NCBI GenBank assembly: GCA_017512885.1
Contig: JAFWEP010000035.1
Span: forward strand, 5,606-69,605
Origin: Erysipelotrichaceae bacterium
Lineage (GTDB): Bacteria > Bacillota_I > Bacilli_A > Erysipelotrichales > Erysipelotrichaceae
Length of the DNA: 64,000 nt
Reading direction: 5' to 3'
Part shown: positions 57,085 to 64,000 of the stretch, one piece after another
Layout: every line of letters starts with the position of its first letter
Numbering within the stretch: the stretch's first letter is position 1
Notes under the pieces: generated by a model
What the model saw: the letters and a program-made list of their open reading frames with translations, nothing else
Databases searched by the model: none
What the model was told of the DNA's origin: nothing
Program-made: the position numbers and the translations under genes

Positions 57085-59028
57085 TTACCTTACCCGGGAA
57101 CCGTTCTCCAGCGAGGAAGTCAGCACTTCGACATGAGCCTTCCCGTCTTCATCGATATATTCCGAAGTCAGGATCATGCCCTGGGAAAGGATGCCGCGCA
57201 GTTTGCGGGGCGCCAGGTTCAGGACAGCGATGACCTTTTTGCCGATCAGCTCTTCCGGTTTGTAGAACTCGGCCAGACCGGAGACGATCGTACGCGGCTG
57301 TTCATCGCCGAAGTCCAGCGTGAAGACCAGCAGTTTGTCGGCCTTGGGATGACGTTCACAGGTCAGTACCTGACCAACGGTCATCTCCAGTTTCTCAAAG
57401 TCGGCATATTCGATCTCCGGAAGGTGCTGGACCGGCTCCTTTTTCTTTTCCGCCGGAGCGGCTGCTTCCAGCTGTTTCTTCAGGGCTTCCGGATCCTTGC
57501 GTTCAAAGAGCGTTTCCGGGTTTTCCGTGACCTTGTTGCCGGAAGGATAGCGTCCGAAGACATCCATCTCTTCCAGAGGCCTCTTTTCGGTATTCAGCTG
57601 ACGGAGGACGGCAGCAGAAGTTTCCGGCATGAAGCTCTCGAGCAGCGAGGCACCGATCGTGATCGCCTCTGTCAGGTTATACATGACGGTACGCAGACGG
57701 TCGGCCTTTTCTTCGTCCTTGGCTAAGAGCCAGGGTTCCGTTTCATCGATATACTTGTTGCAGCGGCGGAAGATGTTGAAGACGGTACCGAGCGCATCGG
57801 CGACCCTTAACTGGTCCATCTTCTCACTGCAGACCTTAACACAGTCTAAGACCGTATTGGCCAGATCCTCATCGACCTCAGCCTTGACCCCGGCATTGGT
57901 GACGACACCGCCGAAGTACTTGTTGGTCATGGAGATCGTCCGTTTGACCAGGTTGCCGAGGATGTTCGCCAGCATGGTATTGTATCTCTCGATCATCAGA
58001 TCCCAGGAGATGACGCCGTCATTCTCGAAAGGCATCTCATGGATGACGAAGAAACGTACAGCATCGACACCGAAGATATCAGCCAGATCATCGGCATAGA
58101 GCACATTGCCCTTGGACTTGGACATCTTGCCGTCCGCCTGCAGGAGCCAGGGATGACCGAAGACCTGCTTCGGCAGCGGTTCTCCCAGAGACATCAGGAA
58201 GATCGGCCAGTAGAGAGTATGGAAACGGATGATATCCTTGCCGATCAGATGCAGATCGGCCGGCCAGTATTTCTTATACAGTTCATCGCTGTTGCCGTCG
58301 ACGTCATAACCCAGTCCGGTCGTATAGTTGCTTAAGGCATCGAGCCAGACATAGACGACATGTTTGGGGTCGAAATCGACCGGGATGCCCCACTTGAAGC
58401 TCGTACGGGAGACGCAGAGATCCTGCAGTCCCGGCTTCAGGAAGTTGTTGACCATCTCGTTCTTGCGGGAGACCGGCTGGATGAATTCCGGATGTTCCTC
58501 GATATGCTTCATCAGACGGTCGGCATACTTGGACATCTTAAAGAAGTAGGCTTCTTCCTTGGCCTTCTTGACCGGGCGTCCGCAATCCGGACACTTGCCG
58601 TCGACCAGCTGGGAATCCGTCCAGAAGGATTCACAGGGCGTACAGTACCAGCCTTCGTATTCGGACTTGTAGATATCGCCCTTCTCGTACATCTTCTTGA
58701 ACATCTTCTGGACCTGCTTCTCATGATCCTCGTCCGTCGTACGGATGAACTTGTCATAGGAAGTGTTCATCAGGTCCCAGATGCGCTTGATCTCGGCAGC
58801 TGTCTTATCGACGTATTCCTTCGGCGTTACACCGGCAGCCTTGGCCTTTTCCTCGATCTTCTGACCGTGTTCATCGGTACCGGTCTGGAAACGGACATCG
58901 TAGCCCTGGAAACGTTTATAGCGGGCGATCGCATCGGCCAGGATGATCTCATAGGTATTGCCGATATGCGGCTTTCCCGAAGCATAGGCGATCGCAGTAG
59001 TGATGTAATACGGTTTCTTCTCGCTCAT
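57085..59028 (-). CDS. metG: Methionine-tRNA ligase with a C-terminal tRNA-binding (EMAP-like) domain
   Basis: KPYYITTAIAYASGKPHIGN (HIGH), KMSKSKGN (KMSKS), a CPDCG zinc knuckle, and a C-terminal OB domain. Confidence 0.96.
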   Translation of the reverse strand: MSEKKPYYITTAIAYASGKPHIGNTYEIILADAIARYKRFQGYDVRFQTGTDEHGQKIEEKAKAAGVTPKEYVDKTAAEIKRIWDLMNTSYDKFIRTTDEDHEKQVQKMFKKMYEKGDIYKSEYEGWYCTPCESFWTDSQLVDGKCPDCGRPVKKAKEEAYFFKMSKYADRLMKHIEEHPEFIQPVSRKNEMVNNFLKPGLQDLCVSRTSFKWGIPVDFDPKHVVYVWLDALSNYTTGLGYDVDGNSDELYKKYWPADLHLIGKDIIRFHTLYWPIFLMSLGEPLPKQVFGHPWLLQADGKMSKSKGNVLYADDLADIFGVDAVRFFVIHEMPFENDGVISWDLMIERYNTMLANILGNLVKRTISMTNKYFGGVVTNAGVKAEVDEDLANTVLDCVKVCSEKMDQLRVADALGTVFNIFRRCNKYIDETEPWLLAKDEEKADRLRTVMYNLTEAITIGASLLESFMPETSAAVLRQLNTEKRPLEEMDVFGRYPSGNKVTENPETLFERKDPEALKKQLEAAAPAEKKKEPVQHLPEIEYADFEKLEMTVGQVLTCERHPKADKLLVFTLDFGDEQPRTIVSGLAEFYKPEELIGKKVIAVLNLAPRKLRGILSQGMILTSEYIDEDGKAHVEVLTSSLENGSRVR

Positions 59029-59092
59029 ACAAAAACCTCTCAGCGTCTTACGCGTCTCTTATTGTAACATGTCCCCCTGCGTTTAAAAAGCC

Positions 59093-59503
59093 TTATGGTT
59101 CGCAGCTGAAGCCGGCATCCCGCCACTGCTGCAAGGTCTGCAGCGAAGAGACGTAAGCCGCTCCTTCTTCGATCTCGATGAAGCCGTAGAGATGCAGATC
59201 TTTCAGGGAAGCCTTACGGGTATCGATGGTGATCTCTTCATAGAAGGGATCCCCGTTCTGATAACGGTAGCTCACTCCTTCCAGAGAGTTGTAGAGTCCA
59301 GACATCTTCTGCAGTTCCTTTTCCGAAAAGGCATACCGGGAAGTACGCCGGTAGGTCAGCTGCAGGATCTCATCATCCTGAACGGTATAGGTATTCTGCC
59401 ACTCTTCATTCTCATCCTGATAATGACAGCTGAAGGTATAGACCTCCTTCTGCCCGCAGCAGGACAGCAGGAATATCAGCAGCAGGAACAGAACTCTTTT
59501 CAT
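59093..59503 (-). CDS. Small lipoprotein, function unknown
   Basis: MKRVLFLLLIFLLSCCGQ (lipobox), 136 aa. Confidence 0.6.
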   Translation of the reverse strand: MKRVLFLLLIFLLSCCGQKEVYTFSCHYQDENEEWQNTYTVQDDEILQLTYRRTSRYAFSEKELQKMSGLYNSLEGVSYRYQNGDPFYEEITIDTRKASLKDLHLYGFIEIEEGAAYVSSLQTLQQWRDAGFSCEP

Positions 59504-59517
59504 AAACCTATTCTACT

Positions 59518-59556
59518 AAAAAAGATCGTTCCTTCGTACGTTAGGAACGATCTTTT
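59518..59556 (-). terminator. Strong terminator-like hairpin ending an ORF-free AT-rich region
   Basis: A 13-bp stem AAAGATCGTTCCT / AGGAACGATCTTT, followed by a T-run on the minus strand (and a weaker one on plus). Confidence 0.6.
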
Positions 59557-59960
59557 CCGCTGTATCACCGCAGTTTCTATTCCTTGAATCTTTTCTCTGC
59601 CTGATACAACTGGTTTTGAAGATCAAACTCGATCAGCTCTGCTTAGTGCTAGAATTCTGGATAGGGTTCCTTGTCTCTGTAAATGAGTCATGTTTCTATT
59701 TACAGATAACTATGATCGAACTGTCACATCTCTGATCTAAGTTTGTGGGCGTCTTCTTGTTTCATACTCATGAAGACGTTCAATTATTTGTTGTCCATGG
59801 GTCTGAACCTTCGGTTTTTGACCGCCCTTTCTTCACCTACATACTAGCAGATCCAAAACACAATACAAGTCTATTATTTCAAATATATTTCCTGTATAAT
59901 AAGAATGTTGAGGGTCGTAAGATCTTTTTATTTTGGGCTCTGAGCCCGGATCATCTACAT

Positions 59961-59986
59961 CAAAAAGCCCCTGTACAGACAGGGGC
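59961..59986 (-). terminator. Intrinsic terminator after the P-type ATPase
   Basis: Minus strand GCCCCTGT-CTGT-ACAGGGGC-TTTTT. Confidence 0.8.
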
Positions 59987-59998
59987 CTGTTTGTATTC

Positions 59999-61870
59999 CT
60001 ACTTTCCGGCATTCAGACAGCGCATGGCGTTGAGCACGCAGAGGAAGGCGACGCCGACATCCGCAAAGACCGCGGCCCACATATTGGTATAGCCCAGAGC
60101 GCTGAGCAACAGGACCAGGACCTTGACGCCGATCGCGAAGTAGATGTTCTGGTAGACGATGCGGTTGGTCTTGCGGGCGATGCGGATGGCCGTCACCAGC
60201 TTGGAGAGCCTGTCATCCATCAGCACGATATCGGCTGCTTCGATCGCCGCATCGGAGCCCAGAGCTCCCATCGCGATGCCGACATCGGAGCGCATCAGCA
60301 CCGGGGCATCGTTGATGCCGTCGCCGACATAGGCCAGTTTCTCGTTCTCTTTCTTCTGTTTCAGCAGTACTTCCACGGCAGAGACCTTCTCTTCCGGCAG
60401 CAGTTCCGCCTTTACTTCATCGATCGCCAGTTTCCTGCCGACGGCTTCTGCCGTCTTTCTGGCATCACCGCTCAGGAGCACGGTCTTCTGAATGCCGCTC
60501 TTCTTCAGGGCAGCGATCGTTTCAGCGGCTTCTTCCTTGATCTGATCGGCGATCAGGATCCTTCCGGCATACTCTCCGTCAACAGCCACATAGACGGTCG
60601 TACCGAGATCGTTCTCTTCTTCCGGAAAGGCGATCCCCGCTTCCGCCAGGAGTTTGCGGTTGCCGACCAGGACATTCTTCCCGTCAACGTTTGCACTCAC
60701 TCCGTGACCGGCTGTCTCCTTTACTTCCGTGACGGTACCGGCCAGCTCGCCGGCTGCTTCCTTAAGAGAGACCGCGATCGGATGATCGGAGTAGCTTTCA
60801 GCCAGTGCTGCAGCGTGCAGCACTTCTTCTTTCGTATATCCTTCAGAGGGGGCAACTTCACTGACCCGGAAGACACCTTTGGTCAGGGTGCCGGTCTTGT
60901 CCATAGCCAGGATCTTCACCTGACAGAGGGCTTCCAGATAGTTGCCGCCCTTGATCAGGATGCCGCGCTTGCTGGCGCCGCCGATGCCGCCGAAGAAGGA
61001 CAGCGGAACGGAGAGGACCAGAGCGCAGGGACAGGAGATGACCAGGAAGGTCAGCGCCCGGTAGATCCACTGCTTCCAGACAGTGATATCGGCCATGCCG
61101 GTAAAGAGCGGCGGCAGTACCGCCAGAGCCAGGGCACAGTAGACCACGATCGGGGTATAGTATTTCGCAAAGCGGGTGATGAAGGCTTCCGAACGGCTCT
61201 TCTTCTCTGCGGAATTCTCGACCAGGTCGAGAATGCGGGCAACGGTGGAGTCTTCGAATTCCTTGGTGACTTTTATCTTCAGCAGTCCGCTCTCATTGAT
61301 GCAGCCGGAGATGACTTCTTCCCCTTCCTGCACCTGCCGCGGTACGGATTCCCCGGTCAGAGCGGAAGTATCCAGGCGGGAAGTACCGGAAAGGACGATC
61401 CCGTCTAATGGGACCCTCTCCCCCGGTTTGACCACGATCACGGAGCCTTTCTCCACTTCTTCCGGATCCACTTCTTCGAGCTGTCCGTTTACTTCGATAT
61501 TGGCATAGTCCGGACGCAGATCCATCAGGGAAGAGACCGACTTGCGGGAACGGTTGACGGCATAATCCTGGAACCACTCCCCTACCTGATAAAACAGCAT
61601 GACCGCCGCCGCTTCCGAGAACTCGCCCAGGGCAAAAGCACCCAGAGAGGCAACTGCCATTAAGAAGTTCTCATCGAAGACCTGACCGTTGCGGATATTG
61701 CGGAAAGCTTTGCGTAAGACAGTCTCCGCAACGATCAGATAGGAGACCAGAAAGAGGATGAACTTCCCGATCTGAGGCAGCGGCAGCAATACCGCCAGAA
61801 GATAAAGAAGCGCTGCAGCCAGTATCCGCTGCAGCATCTTCTTCTGTTTCGTCGTCAGTTCAGCGAACAT
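59999..61870 (-). CDS. Heavy-metal (Cd/Zn/Co-type) P1B-type ATPase lacking an N-terminal metal-binding domain
   Basis: 623 aa with the CPC motif (LVISCPCALVLS), DKTGTLT, and GDGINDAP. Confidence 0.9.
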   Translation of the reverse strand: MFAELTTKQKKMLQRILAAALLYLLAVLLPLPQIGKFILFLVSYLIVAETVLRKAFRNIRNGQVFDENFLMAVASLGAFALGEFSEAAAVMLFYQVGEWFQDYAVNRSRKSVSSLMDLRPDYANIEVNGQLEEVDPEEVEKGSVIVVKPGERVPLDGIVLSGTSRLDTSALTGESVPRQVQEGEEVISGCINESGLLKIKVTKEFEDSTVARILDLVENSAEKKSRSEAFITRFAKYYTPIVVYCALALAVLPPLFTGMADITVWKQWIYRALTFLVISCPCALVLSVPLSFFGGIGGASKRGILIKGGNYLEALCQVKILAMDKTGTLTKGVFRVSEVAPSEGYTKEEVLHAAALAESYSDHPIAVSLKEAAGELAGTVTEVKETAGHGVSANVDGKNVLVGNRKLLAEAGIAFPEEENDLGTTVYVAVDGEYAGRILIADQIKEEAAETIAALKKSGIQKTVLLSGDARKTAEAVGRKLAIDEVKAELLPEEKVSAVEVLLKQKKENEKLAYVGDGINDAPVLMRSDVGIAMGALGSDAAIEAADIVLMDDRLSKLVTAIRIARKTNRIVYQNIYFAIGVKVLVLLLSALGYTNMWAAVFADVGVAFLCVLNAMRCLNAGK

Positions 61871-62078
61871 AGATGACCGTATCCGGATCGGCTTTCGCTA
61901 CTCTCTTGACCGCTTCTTCCACGATCGCTTCCATCTTTTCGGCCGGAGCCTTGATGGAGAGCTTCTGGGTCATGAAACTGACCGTGGCGTCTTCGACGCC
62001 TTCGATCTCCTTGATCAGATTCTCTACTCTGGCAGCGCAGTTGGCGCAGTCGACTTCGATCTTGAATACCTTCTTCAT
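61860..62078 (-). CDS. Stand-alone HMA (heavy-metal-associated) domain protein
   Basis: 72 aa: MKKVFKIEVDCANCAARVENLIKEIEGVEDATVSF (a CxxC ferredoxin-like fold). RBS GAGGTG. It overlaps the ATPase start by 11 nt. Confidence 0.75.
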   Translation of the reverse strand: MKKVFKIEVDCANCAARVENLIKEIEGVEDATVSFMTQKLSIKAPAEKMEAIVEEAVKRVAKADPDTVIYVR

Positions 62079-62090
62079 ACGTCACCTCTT

Positions 62091-62132
62091 AGTTGAATAC
62101 TTGTTCAACTGTTCATAGTTACAGTATACTGT
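62091..62132. promoter_or_regulatory. Inverted repeats in the divergent HMA/ArsR control region
   Basis: AGTTGAA-N6-TTCAACT at 62091-62110, and the palindrome ACAGTATACTGT at 62121-62132. Confidence 0.45.
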
Positions 62133-62194
62133 GTACACTGTATCCTGTCAATGCAGAACTCGCAAATCGGGAAAGAAAAAATTATAATAGAGTC

Positions 62195-62539
62195 ATGCAG
62201 GAATTTCTTTACGAAGCGATGGATCGGGAACTGATCGAAAGGACCTTAAAAGCCCTGCCGGGAAACGAAGAGATCGAAGCCCTGGCCGAGTTTTACAAAG
62301 TCATGGGCGATCCGACCCGTCTGCAGCTACTGATGGCGCTGGAGAACGGAGAGTTCTGTGTTTCCGATCTCTGCAATGTGCTGAATATGAACCGTTCCGC
62401 GGTATCCCACCAGTTAAAGGCCTTGAAGACCGCCAAACTGGCCAAATCCCGCAAGGACGGCAAGACCGTCTATTACTCCCTCGATGACGAACATGTCCGT
62501 TCGGTCCTGGAAGTCGCCCTGGAACATATCCGGGAGTAA
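62195..62539 (+). CDS. ArsR/SmtB-family metalloregulator
   Basis: Start at MQEFLYEAMD. Also has FYKVMGDPTRLQLLMALENGEFCVSDLC...SAVSHQLKALK. Confidence 0.85.
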   Translation: MQEFLYEAMDRELIERTLKALPGNEEIEALAEFYKVMGDPTRLQLLMALENGEFCVSDLCNVLNMNRSAVSHQLKALKTAKLAKSRKDGKTVYYSLDDEHVRSVLEVALEHIRE

Positions 62540-62590
62540 GATCCGCAAGGGTCTTTTTTTTATAAAGAAAGGCTCACCTTCCGGTGAACC
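62540..62590. terminator. Two adjacent terminator hairpins for the convergent ArsR and prfB genes
   Basis: Plus strand GATCC-GCAA-GGGTC-TTTTTTTT. Minus strand GGTTCACC-GGAA-GGTGAGCC-TTTCTTT. Confidence 0.7.
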
Positions 62591-63689
62591 CTATAACTGT
62601 GCTTTGAGATAAGCGAAGAGGAAGGCATCGATGTCTCCGTCCATGACCTTGTTGACATTGCCCTCTTCATAATTGGTGCGGTTGTCCTTGACCAGGGTAT
62701 AGGGACAGAAGACATAGGAACGGATCTGGGAACCCCACTCGATCTTCTTCTGTTCGCCTTTCAGGGCTTCCTTTTCCGCTTTCTGCTGTTCGATCTTCAG
62801 CTTGTAGAGCTTCGAACGGAGCAGTTCCATGCAGGTCTCGCGGTTCTGGATCTGGGAGCGTCCGCTCTGACAGAAGACCACGATCCCGGTCGGGATATGT
62901 TTGATGCGGACTGCCGAGTCCGTTTTGTTGATGTGCTGACCGCCGGCACCCGAAGAACGCATGGTGTCGACTTCGAGATCCTTGTCGTCGATGACGATAT
63001 CGACGTCTTCCGGCAGCTCCGGTGTCACTTCGACGCTGGCGAAGGAAGTATGTCTCCTCGCTCCCGCATCAAAAGGCGAGATGCGCACCAGCCGGTGGAC
63101 GCCGTTCTCTCCCTTCAGATAACCGTAGGCCAGATCGCCTTTGATCAATACCCGGACCGACTTGATCCCGGCATCATCGGCTTCTTCATAATCCTGCACC
63201 TCAAAACCGAAGCCCTTCTTTTCCGCATAGCGCTGGTACATCCTGTACAACATGCTGGCCCAGTCCTGGGCCTCAGTGCCGCCGGCACCGGGATGGATCT
63301 CCAGGTAGGCATTGGAATGGTCGTAGCGGTCGGAAAGTAGGACATCGATCTCGAACTTGTCGAAGGCTTCCTGGATCGCGGAGTATTCCTCCTCGATCAG
63401 GGCAAACATCTCCGGATCATAGTCCTTGGTGATCTCTTCGACGCTGGCCGAAAGATCCTGCAGATCGCGCTGGTTCTTTTCGTACTCGGTCCTGAGGTTC
63501 TTTAAGGTGTTGTATTCCTTGATGACGCCCTGCGCCTTCCTGGGATCATCCCAGAAGGTGCTCTCGTTCTGGCGGGCATCCAGTTCCTTTATCTTTTCTT
63601 CTAAGGCAGGCAGGTCAAAGAGAGTCGCCCAGCTCTTTGAGCTTCTTTAAGGAAGCGGCCAGGCTCTGTTTGATTTCGTAGATCTCCAT
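62591..63689 (-). CDS. prfB: Peptide chain release factor 2 with a programmed +1 frameshift
   Basis: Frame 0 reads MEIYEIKQSLAASLKKLKELGDSL, then CTT TGA C (TGA at 63617-63615). The +1 frame continues DLPALEEKIKELD... into the 272-aa ORF, which carries SGAGGQHINK (GGQ). Confidence 0.92.
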
Positions 63690-63690
63690 A

Positions 63691-64000
63691 TTACTTCTCC
63701 TTTTTGATCACGATCCGTACGTTATTGCAGAAGGTGACGATCTCTCTGGCGACAGTATTCATCATCTCTTCGAAGAGGTCATAACCCTCGGAGACATAAG
63801 CCTGCAGAGGATTGTTCTGGGCATAGGAGCGCAAGTGGATACCTTCACGCAGCTTGCTCATGATATCGATATGGTTGATCCAGGCCCGGTCCATGACCCG
63901 CAGACACATCGTCTTCTCGACCGGCAGGACCTGCTCCTTCACCGGAGCGATCTTGGCTTCGTAGCCTTCCCAGGCTTTGCCGGCGAGCAGGCTGACGACT
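63691..64000 (-). CDS. secA: Preprotein translocase ATPase SecA, C-terminal end (5' part outside the window)
   Basis: ...RVMDRAWINHIDIMSKLREGIHLRSYAQNNPLQAYVSEGYDLFEEMM... The stop lies 1 nt before the prfB start. Confidence 0.9.
   Translation of the reverse strand, partial: VVSLLAGKAWEGYEAKIAPVKEQVLPVEKTMCLRVMDRAWINHIDIMSKLREGIHLRSYAQNNPLQAYVSEGYDLFEEMMNTVAREIVTFCNNVRIVIKKEK

Noticed and set aside
59029-59092. Expected a T-box leader upstream of metG.
   Set aside because: Only 64 nt separate metG from the upstream stop. It holds a TTACAAT -10 and an RBS, with no specifier or T-box motif and no room for one.
59745-60092. 115-aa plus-strand ORF in the AT-rich spacer.
   Set aside because: It runs through the ATPase terminator and into the antisense of the ATPase CDS. 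It has no RBS and an implausible composition.

Overview
This is a 64-kb chromosomal segment of a roughly 55% GC Bacillota (Firmicutes)-type genome. It holds about 75 protein genes, roughly 80% of them on the minus strand, plus one tmRNA. I saw no rRNA, tRNA, CRISPR array, integrase or transposase. The ORF track prints M for TTG/GTG starts, so I re-set many starts to the ATG that sits behind a Shine-Dalgarno (SD) sequence.

Housekeeping content:
- secG-rnr-smpB-(DUF4186)-ssrA
- pgk-tpiA-eno
- tex, metG, folD, dtd, ridA
- prfB with its +1 frameshift, and the secA 3' end
- birA-bioY

Accessory content:
- a TetR-led six-gene operon
- a GH25 muramidase and a GH9 endoglucanase lipoprotein
- two MacB/FtsX-type ABC systems, one co-operonic with a PASTA-only protein
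- an EndoU-like lipoprotein with a small partner gene
- a lower-GC gene patch next to ssrA
- a YtrA-type GntR/ABC-2 module
- a CadA/ArsR metal cassette

The most interesting locus is 33.5-42.4 kb. A malonate decarboxylase alpha (MdcA/MadA) homolog is operonic with a methylmalonyl-CoA-decarboxylase-type Na+ pump (acyl-CoA carboxyltransferase, OadG-like subunit, biotin carrier, beta subunit). It is divergent from madL-madM, a LysR regulator and an AEC permease. No acyl carrier protein or prosthetic-group genes are in the window. That suggests an ACP-independent, CoA-ester route for energy-conserving malonate decarboxylation.

Other leads:
- a yybP-ykoY-like leader in front of an ArsB/NhaD-family permease
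- a recurrent -10 box placed exactly 6 nt before the ATG at seven operon-first genes, suggesting leaderless mRNAs
- two AT-rich ORF-free regions with orphan terminators
- an HMA domain split from its P-type ATPase
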